Shown here piece after piece: positions 9,164 to 18,184 of a stretch of DNA of 64,000 nt. The notes beneath the pieces were generated by a model, which saw only the letters and a program-made list of their open reading frames with translations, was not told the DNA's origin and ran no database searches. Source of the stretch: an uncultured Chthoniobacteraceae bacterium (lineage in GTDB: Bacteria; Verrucomicrobiota; Verrucomicrobiia; Chthoniobacterales; DYNR01). How positions within the stretch are numbered: position 1 is the stretch's first letter; every line of letters begins with the position of its first letter. The DNA lies in NCBI GenBank assembly GCA_964595865.1, contig CAZQRL010000007.1, forward strand, positions 1,853-65,852, given 5' to 3'. The position numbers were made by a program, and so were the translations under genes.

Positions 9164-10336
9164 TCAGGCCACCGATTGCTCAGCGCGGGAGATTTCTTGC
9201 AGCACGTGGTCGAGCTCGGCGAAAGTATTGTAAAAATGCGGGCTGAAGCGCAGCCAACGGCGTCCATCCCGGCTGGACCGGAGCGAAGCCACGACTCCGG
9301 CGCGCTCGAGGGCAGCAAAGATTTTCTCGGGTGGTTTTTGCCGGGGGCACCCGGTGACCATGCCGCCGCGCAAGGGTTCGTCCACCGGGGGAGAGACGAA
9401 TTCCCAGCCGCGTTCGGCCAGGGCGGATTGCAGGTAATCGCGCAGGGCGAGGATGCGCTGGGTGACCAGCTTGGGATCATGGTGGCGGAGCAATTCCAAA
9501 GCGGCCTTCATGCCCAGGATGCCAGGAACATTCAGGACACCAGGTTCGTAGCGTTGGGCCGTGGGAACGAAGCGGATTTCTGGCTGGGCAATGAAGTCTG
9601 GGGACTCGACATTCCAGGCGCCGAGGAGGGTGGGGCGGCAAAGCTCGAAATTGCGTTGGGCCACAAAGACGATGCCAATGGCCAGGGGACCGAGCATCCA
9701 TTTGTGGGCATCGGCACTGAGAAAATCCACGCCCGCAGCCGGTGTGGGAAAGGCCCCGAGGGTCTGGATGGCATCGAGAGAGAACAGAACCCCCCGGGAT
9801 TGCAGCAGCTCGGCAATGGCCGGGATATCAATCCGCCAGCCGGTGAGGAAATGGGCCGAAGCCAGGGCCACGAGGCGGGTTTTGGGACTCAGGGCCCGGG
9901 CAATAAGCTCCACGGGAAGGTGGCCCAGAGTGGGGGAAGTCAGTTGCCGCACCACCACGCCTTGGCGTTGTAAATTTAGCCAAGGATAAACATTTGCCGG
10001 GTAGTCCTCCGCATAGATGAGGACTTCATTACCGGGCTGCCAAGTGATTCCATTGGCAAAGAGGCTCAGCCCGAGGGAAGTTGGCCCGAGCAGAGCGATC
10101 TCACCCGGTTCGGCTCCGATCCACTCGGCGGCCACCTTGCGGGTGCGCCCCACCTCGCGCAAAACCTCGCCGAACTCCTGATGGTGCGAGCAACCAGCCT
10201 CGATCTGATTTTGCATGGCCGCCGCGACCACCCGGGGAAGGGCAGTGACTCCGGCGTGAGCAAGAAAAATGCGCTCCCGGGATACGGGAAAAGCGCCCTG
10301 CCGAGCGGCTTCGTCAGGGAAAAAATCTTGGCTCAT
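9164..10336 (-). CDS. class V aminotransferase-fold PLP enzyme (cysteine desulfurase / selenocysteine lyase-like)
   Basis: FLAHAGVTALPRVV, and a PLP-lysine context FLSADAHKWMLGPLAIGIVFV. 390 aa. Confidence 0.8.
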   Translation of the reverse strand: MSQDFFPDEAARQGAFPVSRERIFLAHAGVTALPRVVAAAMQNQIEAGCSHHQEFGEVLREVGRTRKVAAEWIGAEPGEIALLGPTSLGLSLFANGITWQPGNEVLIYAEDYPANVYPWLNLQRQGVVVRQLTSPTLGHLPVELIARALSPKTRLVALASAHFLTGWRIDIPAIAELLQSRGVLFSLDAIQTLGAFPTPAAGVDFLSADAHKWMLGPLAIGIVFVAQRNFELCRPTLLGAWNVESPDFIAQPEIRFVPTAQRYEPGVLNVPGILGMKAALELLRHHDPKLVTQRILALRDYLQSALAERGWEFVSPPVDEPLRGGMVTGCPRQKPPEKIFAALERAGVVASLRSSRDGRRWLRFSPHFYNTFAELDHVLQEISRAEQSVA

Positions 10337-10698
10337 CGGGAAGTTTTCTCCTGGGCCTCCTCGATAAGCTTCCAGAAACCCCCGGCTTGACCGAGAGCCT
10401 CGTCTTCTTCGGTCATGGGCAGGTTGGAGCGAAAGAGGAAATCGCGCAGGGTGTTTTTGTGTAGGACCCGGTGGACCAAGATCCCCTCCCCTCGGCGCTC
10501 GAAATAAATCCGGTACTCTCGGGCCCGGTAGCGCAGAAGAGCACGACCTTCACGCTCGATCCGGCCAAATTGCTCGGCTGGCAATTCCCCTTCCCCTTCT
10601 GGAAGAAACTGGAACTCCGCCAGCAACTCCAGTTGTAATTCCTTCGGTAGCCGCGCCATCTCGGCCGCACTGATTTCGTTGAAAATGATCTGGATCAC
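10333..10698 (-). CDS. RelE/ParE-fold toxin-like protein with a ~35-aa acidic C-terminal tail
   Basis: IIFNEISAAEMARLPKELQLELLAEFQFL ... LLRYRAREYRIYFERRGEGILVHRVLHKN follows the RelE/ParE pattern (xYRxRVGDYRIIYEI..ILV..V.HR). 4-nt overlap with the downstream aminotransferase gene. Confidence 0.45.
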   Translation of the reverse strand: MIQIIFNEISAAEMARLPKELQLELLAEFQFLPEGEGELPAEQFGRIEREGRALLRYRAREYRIYFERRGEGILVHRVLHKNTLRDFLFRSNLPMTEEDEALGQAGGFWKLIEEAQEKTSR

Positions 10699-10752
10699 CC
10701 GATCTGCATAGCAAAGGCTGAGGCTTGCGCCAAGTGGCTTGCGGGGGGAAGG

Positions 10753-12648
10753 TCAGGTTTCACCGCTTGTGGTGGAGGCTTTCTCCCGTTGAAGCTTGGT
10801 CAGCCAGATGGAGAGCAGGGAAATATCAGCCGGAGTGACCCCACTGATACGTCCAGCTTGCCCGAGGGTATCGGGACGAATCTGGCTTAGCTTTTGTCGG
10901 GCTTCGGCGCGGAGGCTGGGGATGGAAGTGTAGTCGAGGTCCGGAGGCAGGGGCCGGTCTTCCAGCTTGCGGGTGCGTTGGATTTGTTCCTCCTGTCGCT
11001 GGATGTAGCCTTCGTATTGCAGATCGGTCTGCAAAAGCTCCCACCACGCCAACGGCAAATCCCCCAAAAGCTCTGCCGGTAGGGTCTGAACGGAAAAATC
11101 CGGACGCCGTAGCCAAGAGACGAGGGGCTGTCCTTGATAACGGAGCTGGCGCAGGCGGGCGCGCAGGTCATCCAGCGCGGCTTGCTTGGCGGCAAAGCGG
11201 GAGGCCTTCTCGGGCGGGAGGAGTCCGGCGGCGAGGGCGCGGGGGCAGAGGCGGAGGTCGGCGGTATCCTGGCGGAGGAGGAGGCGGTATTCCGCTCGGC
11301 TGGTGAACATGCGGTAGGGCTCCGGCGTGCCGCGGACGACAAGATCATCAATCAGCACCCCGATGTAGGCCTCGGCGCGCGAAAGCACAAAGTCCGGTTC
11401 GCCACGGAGCTTACGCGCGGCATTGATGCCTGCCAGAAGCCCTTGGGCGGCGGCTTCTTCGTAACCGGAGGTGCCATTGATCTGTCCGGCCAGGTAGAGT
11501 CCGGCGATGCGCTTGGTCTCCAAGGTGCGGTGCAGCTGGGTCGGCGGACAGTAATCATACTCCACCGCATAGCCCGGGCGGAGGATTTCGCAGGCCTCTA
11601 AACCGCGGATCGAGCGCAGGAAGGCCAACTGCACGCTGTAGGGCAGGCTGGTGGAGACGCCATTGACGTAGAATTCCCCGGTGTGCAGGCCCTCCGGCTC
11701 GAGAAAGATGGGATGGGAGGTTTTCTCCGCGAAGCGCACCACTTTGTCTTCGATTGAGGGGCAGTAACGCGGCCCCACGCCTTGAATGACCCCACAATAC
11801 ATCGGGGATTGATCGAGGTTCTGCCGGATAATTTCGTGGGTTTTTTCGTTGGTCGCAGTGAGCCAACAGGGAATTTGTTCCACGTGGAACATTCCCTGCG
11901 TCCAATGATTGAGGGTGAAAAGTTCGTGGGGGCCTTTTTGAATGAGCTCGGGCCAATGGGAAAAGACCGGCGGGGGCGAATCGCCGTCCTGCCGGGCCAG
12001 GCAGGAGAAATCAATACTGCGCGCCAGGAGGCGGCAAGGGGTGCCAGTTTTGAAACGCTCCACGGTGAAGCCAAGTTCGCGCAAGCAGTCGCTGAAGGTG
12101 GAAACCCCATCTCCCATGCGACCGCCCGTTTGCTGGCGCAAACCGACATGCAGGAGACCACGCAGGAAGGTACCGGTGGTGACAATGACCGCCCGGGCTT
12201 GGTAGCGCAGCGCGAGAGTGGTTTCCAAACCGGTGACTTGGTCGTTGGTGACCAGCAGCCGCGCCACTTGGCCTTGGCGCAAGTCGAGGTTGGGGGTGTT
12301 TTCCAGGATGGCTTTGAGGCGGAATTGGTAGGCTTTTTTGTCGCACTGGGCGCGGGGAGCGCGCACACTGGGGCCTTTGGACGCATTGAGCAAGCGGAAC
12401 TGGATGGCTGTGGCGTCGGTGTTTTCGGCCATGATGCCGCCCAGGGCATCAATTTCCCGCACCATGTGCCCTTTGGCGAGGCCCCCGATGGCGGGGTTGC
12501 AGGACATTTGGCCGATCGTGTCGGCGTTTTGCGTCAGCAGCAGGGTGGAGCAGCCCAGGCGGGCGGCAGCCAGGGCCGCCTCGACTCCTGCATGGCCGGC
12601 ACCGATGACGGCCACATCGTAGGGTTTGGGATAGGTGAAATCACTCAA
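10753..12648 (-). CDS. mnmG: tRNA uridine-5-carboxymethylaminomethyl modification enzyme MnmG (GidA)
   Basis: [69 protein letters not shown]. 631 aa. Confidence 0.95.
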   Translation of the reverse strand: MSDFTYPKPYDVAVIGAGHAGVEAALAAARLGCSTLLLTQNADTIGQMSCNPAIGGLAKGHMVREIDALGGIMAENTDATAIQFRLLNASKGPSVRAPRAQCDKKAYQFRLKAILENTPNLDLRQGQVARLLVTNDQVTGLETTLALRYQARAVIVTTGTFLRGLLHVGLRQQTGGRMGDGVSTFSDCLRELGFTVERFKTGTPCRLLARSIDFSCLARQDGDSPPPVFSHWPELIQKGPHELFTLNHWTQGMFHVEQIPCWLTATNEKTHEIIRQNLDQSPMYCGVIQGVGPRYCPSIEDKVVRFAEKTSHPIFLEPEGLHTGEFYVNGVSTSLPYSVQLAFLRSIRGLEACEILRPGYAVEYDYCPPTQLHRTLETKRIAGLYLAGQINGTSGYEEAAAQGLLAGINAARKLRGEPDFVLSRAEAYIGVLIDDLVVRGTPEPYRMFTSRAEYRLLLRQDTADLRLCPRALAAGLLPPEKASRFAAKQAALDDLRARLRQLRYQGQPLVSWLRRPDFSVQTLPAELLGDLPLAWWELLQTDLQYEGYIQRQEEQIQRTRKLEDRPLPPDLDYTSIPSLRAEARQKLSQIRPDTLGQAGRISGVTPADISLLSIWLTKLQREKASTTSGET

Positions 12649-13733
12649 AGCAGGGGCAGGACGATTTGCAAGGCTTGGTGGAGCCCCGGGTGGGTGCCGC
12701 CGCGGCCGAGTTCGGCCAGGACGAGGTTGGCCAGATCTTCGGGCTCAGCTTGGACCATTTGGTGGACGGGAGGGTGATCCGGCGTGGCGATTCCGAGTTC
12801 GTAAAATCGGGTGGTCGGGCAACGGGTGAGGGACATTTTCGCTTCGGGAGCTACGAGGAGACAGCGGGCCAGAGGAAAATCTGGAGAGAGCTGGGGATCC
12901 TCCTCAAGCTGGAAGGTGATTTCGCGGCCGGGCGGGGTGCTGCGGGAATCTACGAGCACGTGGCGATCGAGCAAGGGAGCAAGAGTCCACCCCAGGCGGC
13001 TAGCGATCCAACCAAAAAAGAGCAGCGCTGCGGTGCGGGCGCCCGGGGGATGGTGGAGAACCACATGGTGCAGGTGGGGCAGAGCTTGCAGAGCCGCATG
13101 GTGATCAAAAAGAGCTGCCAAGGCAAACCGGCTGCCGAGAAGGCGGGCCCAATTGAGGTCGCAGAGGACGGTTTGCCGGGCAGTAGTCTGGCGGGTCAAT
13201 TCCGCTTGGGCTTGGAGCAGTCGGCGGAAAGAGCGGGCTGGGGAGGGCCACTCGGCACTATCAAAGAGCAGGCGGTCCACCCAGGGCCAAATTTTTTGCT
13301 CCAAGAAGGGGGCCAAATCGGCTTGCCACCAAAAGACGAGGGGCAGATCGGAGTCGAGATGGGAAAAGACCAGGTTGGAGAGGGCGGCGGCGGACTCACC
13401 AGGGAGGTAGAAGGTGATTTGTTCAGAACAAATCTGGCGGGTGCCTTGGCCGACCAGATGGCAATGAGCCCCAATCCAGGCCTGGGCACTGGAAGAGGTG
13501 TCCTCCGGAGCTCCGAGAATGAGCAAGGCGCGGCAGGCATGTTCGCTGGCCAAGGTGGCGACGAGTTCGTGATTGGCTTGGAGGCGGGCAGGATCTTCCG
13601 TGTAGATGGCGAGGTTCATCAGGGAGGCCCGGGTTTTGGTCTCCGCATTATCCTCCCAGAGGCGGCCGAGCTCGCGTTCGATGCGCCCGATTTCCACCGG
13701 CAGACCGGCATTGGCAAAAACGGCGAGGTTCAT
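12645..13733 (-). CDS. opcA: glucose-6-phosphate dehydrogenase assembly protein OpcA-like
   Basis: [36 protein letters not shown]. Lies directly downstream of zwf, with a 1-nt TAATG overlap. Confidence 0.75.
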   Translation of the reverse strand: MNLAVFANAGLPVEIGRIERELGRLWEDNAETKTRASLMNLAIYTEDPARLQANHELVATLASEHACRALLILGAPEDTSSSAQAWIGAHCHLVGQGTRQICSEQITFYLPGESAAALSNLVFSHLDSDLPLVFWWQADLAPFLEQKIWPWVDRLLFDSAEWPSPARSFRRLLQAQAELTRQTTARQTVLCDLNWARLLGSRFALAALFDHHAALQALPHLHHVVLHHPPGARTAALLFFGWIASRLGWTLAPLLDRHVLVDSRSTPPGREITFQLEEDPQLSPDFPLARCLLVAPEAKMSLTRCPTTRFYELGIATPDHPPVHQMVQAEPEDLANLVLAELGRGGTHPGLHQALQIVLPLL

Positions 13734-15292
13734 TAGAGACGTCTCCAGGCAGCACCGTGCCGAGCCAGCAGGGCATCGGCTTCACTGGGACCCCAGGTGC
13801 CAGCAGGGTAGAAAGCCAGGCCGTCTTCATTGCCGTCCCAGTCGGCGCGGATGGCATCAATGAATTTCCAGGCTTCTTCCACCTCGTCGCAGCGGGCGAA
13901 GAGGGTGGCATCGCCGGACATGGCGTCGAGCAGGAGGCGTTCGTAGGCTTCGGGACTGGCCTTGCCGAAGGAGGTGCCGTAATGGAAGTCCATCTTCACA
14001 GACTCGATCCGCACGCTGGAGCCAGGTTTTTTGGCGCACATGCGCAGCGAAATGCCCTCGTCGGGCTGGATGCGAATCACCAGCACGTTGTCATCAATCT
14101 GCATCGGTCCCTGGGTGGAGCCGCTGCCCGTGCGAAAAAGCACCGGCGGAACGCTCTTGAAATGCACGGCAATCTCCGTGGCCGGCTTGGGCAGGCGTTT
14201 ACCCACCCGGACAAAAAACGGCACGCCGGCCCAGCGCCAGTTATCTATATTGATTTCCAGGGCGACGTAAGTTTCGGTGGTAGAATCCGGGGGGATATTG
14301 GGTTCATCCCGATAGGCGGGAACGCGTTTACCATTGATCGAACCGGCACCGTATTGGGCACGCACCACGCAGCGGCGGGCGGATTCTCCCACCAGTGGAC
14401 GGAGAGAGCGCAGAACCTTCACCTTCTCATCGCGAATCGCGTCGGCGGAGAGGTCCGTGGGGGGTTCCATGGCGGTGAGGCACAGGAGCTGCAGGAGGTG
14501 ATTCTGCACCATATCGCGCAAGGCCCCGGAGGTATCGTAGTAGCCGCCCCGACCTTCCACACCCAGCGGTTCGCTGGCGGTAATTTGCACGTGGTCAATG
14601 TAGCGGGAATTCCACATACCCTCGAAAATCGCATTGGCAAACCGCAGAACCATAATGTTTTGCGCTGTTTCTTTACCCAGGTAGTGGTCAATCCGATAGG
14701 TATCCTGCTCGGCAAAAGATTCCTCCACCAAGCGATTGAGGGTGCGGGCCCCCGTGAGGTCTTTGCCGAAGGGTTTTTCAACAATAACGCGTGCCCATCC
14801 CCCGGCAGGAGCCCGATTGAGGCCGCTGCGGCGGAGATTTTCCAGGATGATGGGGAACTGTTCTGGAGCGGCAGCGAGGTAAAACAGGCGGCGACCACCG
14901 GTGCCACGGGTGAGATCAAGATCGTCAAGTCGTTTAGCTAGAGCATGATAGCCTGATTCTTCGTGAAACTCGCTGCGGTGGTAGAAGAGGTTGTGGGAGA
15001 AGTTTTCCCAGAGCGTGGGGTGAAGAGGCTGGCGGGAAAATTTCGCCGTGGCGGCTTCGAGCTCCTGCCGGAAGGTTTCATCCGATTTTTCCCGACGGGC
15101 GAAGCCGATGACGTTCATGGAGGGAGGGAGGTTGGAATCCGCCGCAAGATTGTAGAGAGCCGGAATGAGTTTGCGTTGGGTGAGATCGCCGGTAGCACCG
15201 AAGATGACCAGCGAGCAGGGCTCGGCCATGGCGCGGCTGGAAAGCCCTTCGCGGAGAGGGTTGGTCATGGTGAAATCAGGAGCAGCAGACAT
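13733..15292 (-). CDS. zwf: glucose-6-phosphate 1-dehydrogenase
   Basis: LVIFGATGDLTQRKLIPALYNL, YRIDHYLGKETAQN, DMVQNHLLQLL. Confidence 0.95.
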   Translation of the reverse strand: MSAAPDFTMTNPLREGLSSRAMAEPCSLVIFGATGDLTQRKLIPALYNLAADSNLPPSMNVIGFARREKSDETFRQELEAATAKFSRQPLHPTLWENFSHNLFYHRSEFHEESGYHALAKRLDDLDLTRGTGGRRLFYLAAAPEQFPIILENLRRSGLNRAPAGGWARVIVEKPFGKDLTGARTLNRLVEESFAEQDTYRIDHYLGKETAQNIMVLRFANAIFEGMWNSRYIDHVQITASEPLGVEGRGGYYDTSGALRDMVQNHLLQLLCLTAMEPPTDLSADAIRDEKVKVLRSLRPLVGESARRCVVRAQYGAGSINGKRVPAYRDEPNIPPDSTTETYVALEINIDNWRWAGVPFFVRVGKRLPKPATEIAVHFKSVPPVLFRTGSGSTQGPMQIDDNVLVIRIQPDEGISLRMCAKKPGSSVRIESVKMDFHYGTSFGKASPEAYERLLLDAMSGDATLFARCDEVEEAWKFIDAIRADWDGNEDGLAFYPAGTWGPSEADALLARHGAAWRRL

Positions 15293-15870
15293 GGGATAAA
15301 TCGGGAAGCCGTCGGGTTGTTAAGGTTGAGTGGCGAAGCGGTAATCACAAAGAGGCGCTTCTTGGCAGTTTGGCCGATTCGCATTGCCAAGGCGAGCAGC
15401 AAACCACGGCCCGTCTTCCCAAGCGGCGAGAGGCGATTCGAGGCAAAAAATCCCGCCGATGGGAAGGGTAGCAGGGTGGTGATAGACGCATTGAGAGCAA
15501 GACTAGCGGTTCAGCTTGGGAGCGCAACCGGAGAGTCAACCTCCAGTCGGGGTCAATCCGGCAAAGGTCGGCCCGTTTTGAGCGAGAGGAGTAAGTAAAC
15601 GTCTTCGCCGACGGTGCAACTTTTTTCCGGGAAAGATTCTCCGGGGAGGGCCGTTATTCCACGCCAGTGCTCCGCATTGATCTCGACGCGCAACTCGAGT
15701 TACCATTTCATGAGCACGGCGGAAAAAATCCCCTCAACAAACTTTGCCCGAGGCAAGCTCTGCGAAAATCTGGCCACGGCCGACATCCCCGCGACAAGCC
15801 ATGGAGGGCATGGTATTGGTTTTGATCGCCTGCTGGATGGCATGGCCAACAAGCGGGCAGAATCCAGGAA

Positions 15871-16797
15871 ATGACTCCTTTTGGCTGGCGACGTGCTGGC
15901 AGGGGTGTTCGTTCTTTGGCTGCATCGGCCGGTAACAACATGGAAACGAGAGTCCGGCCGGGAGGGAGAAGGATTTCGCTAGCAAGCCCTCACGATCCGA
16001 ATTTTTCTCTGGGGTGGACTGGCGGGGCTGCTCTCACTGCAGGCCTTGGGCTGGGCGCTCGGGACTACAAAGACGTGGTTTTTGCAGTGGAAATTGGCGC
16101 GGCCAACGTCACGGCGCCGGCCAACCCCGAGCCTCACACGGTTTTGACTTTGCTGCTGCTTGGCGCGGCGGTGCGGTATTTCCGCAAAAAATTAAGTGGG
16201 ACGGTGGAAGCCAGCCCTTCGATGAGCGGATGCGAAGGATCGTCCCCAGCAGCAATCCTAGCCGCTCTGCATTGCGAAGCGGCTTGGTTTTTTTGGAATC
16301 GGGAAGCGACGCGGCTACGGGCCAAGGCCAGTATGGAAGCGGCCTCGGCGCTGCTGGAGCAGGGCAAAGCCGCAGAGGCGAGTGTGTTGCTGGAAGCCAC
16401 AAAAACTCCGGCTGAAAACGACCCGCTGCATGAGGAATGGGCGAAATTTACCCTAGCTCGATCGGCGCAACTGTCCGGAAACCCAGTCCGCTTTGCGGAG
16501 CTGCTTGGACGACCAAGCGAAGGAGAAAAAGAGTCCTCTGCGCTTCGTTTGTTGAGGGCCGAGGCAACATGGGAAGCAAACCAGGGGCCGGAAGGAGTCG
16601 CGATTTTGCAGGAATTGCTTGGCGACCCAGAAGCGGGATATCGGGCAGCATTTTTGCTGTGCTTGTATCATTTGGACCACGGCGAGGCTGAGGCAGCCCG
16701 CGCAGTCCTTTCCAAAACCAGGAGTTTGCGAATTCAGTTCCGGGCAAAGAATTGGAAGCGCGCCTTTGTTTGCTGGAGAACCGACCAGAGCAATTAA
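15871..16797 (+). CDS. hypothetical ORF; the C-terminal half is helical-repeat/TPR-like, and an internal PEP-CTERM-like motif suggests a run-on or fragmented gene
   Basis: No signal peptide. PEPHTVLTLLLLGAAVRYFRKK lies mid-ORF. Later sequence is Ala/Leu/Glu-rich helical (EQGKAAEASVLLEATK..., GEAEAARAVLSK). The true start and the integrity of the gene are uncertain. Confidence 0.3.
   Translation: MTPFGWRRAGRGVRSLAASAGNNMETRVRPGGRRISLASPHDPNFSLGWTGGAALTAGLGLGARDYKDVVFAVEIGAANVTAPANPEPHTVLTLLLLGAAVRYFRKKLSGTVEASPSMSGCEGSSPAAILAALHCEAAWFFWNREATRLRAKASMEAASALLEQGKAAEASVLLEATKTPAENDPLHEEWAKFTLARSAQLSGNPVRFAELLGRPSEGEKESSALRLLRAEATWEANQGPEGVAILQELLGDPEAGYRAAFLLCLYHLDHGEAEAARAVLSKTRSLRIQFRAKNWKRAFVCWRTDQSN
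16126..16191 (+). other. PEP-CTERM-like sorting motif (PEP, hydrophobic helix, basic cluster) located internally in the 15871-16797 ORF
   Basis: Codons ccc gag cct at 16126-16134, then HTVLTLLLLGAAVRYF, then RKK ending in an A6 run (16186-16191). With A5 the frame would read RKN followed by TAA. Confidence 0.5.
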
Positions 16798-17003
16798 CGG
16801 CGATTTACCGCGAACTCGGAGAACGCTCGGACGAAGCGCGGATATATCTTTCCAAAAAGGCGTTTGCGGAAAAAGATTGGCACACGGCTCGCCAGCTCAC
16901 GGAATCGTTGATAAAGGATCTCCCGAACGAGGCGACATTTTTGACGAATCTGCAAACAATCCAGGACGCGGAAAATGCCACCAAAAAAACTGTCGCTCCC
17001 TGA
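16752..17003 (+). pseudogene. helical-repeat ORF fragment bridging the upstream ORF and the sigma-54 activator, in a different frame from both
   Basis: LEARLCLLENRPEQLTAIYRELGERSDEARIYLSKKAFAEKDWHTARQLTESL. Its 3' end meets the activator frame at an A7 run (16983-16989). Confidence 0.3.
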
Positions 17004-18180
17004 CGCGGCGAGTCCTCTCGCTCGGCAGGCGGCATTGGCTAGAATCGCCCGCAGCAAACACACGCTGCTCACCACTGGCGAATCGGGAGTCGGCAAAAGC
17101 CGGCTTGCCCGTCAAATGCACGAGGCGGGCCCGCGCGCCGGAGGTTCCTTCGTTTCGCTGAGCTGCGCGGCATTTCCGCGGGACCTTCTCGGGAGCGAGT
17201 TGTTCGGGCACGAGCGGGGGGCGTTTTTCGGGGCGGTGGCGCAAAAGCCCGGGCGTGTGGAACTTGCGCACGGCGGGAGGTTGTTTCTCGATGAAATCGG
17301 CGACATGCCCGTTGATTTGCAACCCAAGCTGCTGACCTTTCTGCCGGAGAGAAGTTTTTACCGTGTCGGGGGCAGGGAGCTGCTGACGGTGGACGTGCGC
17401 CTGATCGCGGCGACGAATCGCGATCTGGCCGCAATGGTCGCAGCAAAAACCTTTCGCGAAGATTTGTTTTTCCGGATCGGGGTGTTGCTAGCGCATCTTC
17501 CACCCTTGCGAGAACGCCGACACGATATTCCCGAACTGGCCCGCGGTTTCCTGCGAGCGGCACTCTCCGAAATGGACGAATCCCGGGACCTCGCGCTGAC
17601 CCCCGAAGCACTTGACTTGCTCCTGGAATACGACTGGCCGGACAACATCCGGGAACTCAAGCACGCGATGTTTCGCGCGGCTACCCTCGGCGGCGACAAC
17701 GATCTCATCACCCCGGAGCTGTTGCTTCCCGCGATCCGCCAGCTCTCGAATCCGGCAGCGGCAGCCGCTCCAACGACAGCCTCGTTTTCCACTTCCGGCA
17801 CCCACGAAGTTCTTCCGCCGGCGGAGGTTGAGAAGCGGGAAATTCAAAATGCGCTCGCGGCGTTAGGAACCAACAAAAGCCGCCTCGCCTCTGCCTTGGG
17901 AGTGAGTGAAAAAACGGTTTGCCATCTGCTCCGGAGGTATGGTTTGGCGGAGGCAACCGTGCGCCGGGCAAAACGGCGCAGGGTAGCAGTGAAGCCCTTA
18001 CCGGGCGATCCGGCACTGGTTTTCCCGGGCGGCAGGACGATTCATCGGCACGACGTTTTGAGAAAAACTTCAGTCGCTGGGTTTAAGTGGGACGAGTTTG
18101 AGCGTGAAACTCATGGATTCCCTCGAGTCACCCAGGCCACGTCCCGGGCGCTACACTTCGTTTTGCGGGTGCCGGTTTAG
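16975..18180 (+). CDS. sigma-54-dependent transcriptional activator (AAA+ domain plus Fis-type HTH), with no receiver or sensor domain as currently framed
   Basis: Walker A TTGESGVGKS. ELFGHERGAFFGA (variant of GAFTGA). GGRLFLDEIGDM, VDVRLIAATNRDL, FREDLFFRIGV, PPLRERRHDI. C-terminal HTH NKSRLASALGVSEKTVCHLLRRYGL. Confidence 0.8.
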   Translation: MPPKKLSLPDAASPLARQAALARIARSKHTLLTTGESGVGKSRLARQMHEAGPRAGGSFVSLSCAAFPRDLLGSELFGHERGAFFGAVAQKPGRVELAHGGRLFLDEIGDMPVDLQPKLLTFLPERSFYRVGGRELLTVDVRLIAATNRDLAAMVAAKTFREDLFFRIGVLLAHLPPLRERRHDIPELARGFLRAALSEMDESRDLALTPEALDLLLEYDWPDNIRELKHAMFRAATLGGDNDLITPELLLPAIRQLSNPAAAAAPTTASFSTSGTHEVLPPAEVEKREIQNALAALGTNKSRLASALGVSEKTVCHLLRRYGLAEATVRRAKRRRVAVKPLPGDPALVFPGGRTIHRHDVLRKTSVAGFKWDEFERETHGFPRVTQATSRALHFVLRVPV

Positions 18181-18184
18181 TCTT

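Noticed and set aside
9145-9480. N-terminal extensions of tracked ORFs: antiporter to 9480, folA to 50390, transglutaminase from 3937, recG from 46341, menD from 57099, methyltransferase from 58814, PKS to 63845.
   Set aside because: The extensions overlap the upstream gene in another frame and translate to low-complexity sequence. Internal starts reproduce canonical family N-termini, often with ATGA/GTGA coupling.
15614-15874. An 86-codon ORF in the zwf upstream region.
   Set aside because: No motif, atypical composition, and it sits in a likely promoter region. Not supportable as a gene.
16878-16892. A sigma-54-type -24/-12-like element (TGGCACacggcTCGC), 83 nt upstream of the activator ATG.
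   Set aside because: It has one mismatch in the -12 box. An equally good near-match occurs inside the DUF2126 coding region (tggcacctatctggc, around 6716-6730). Such hits are therefore expected by chance in this composition.
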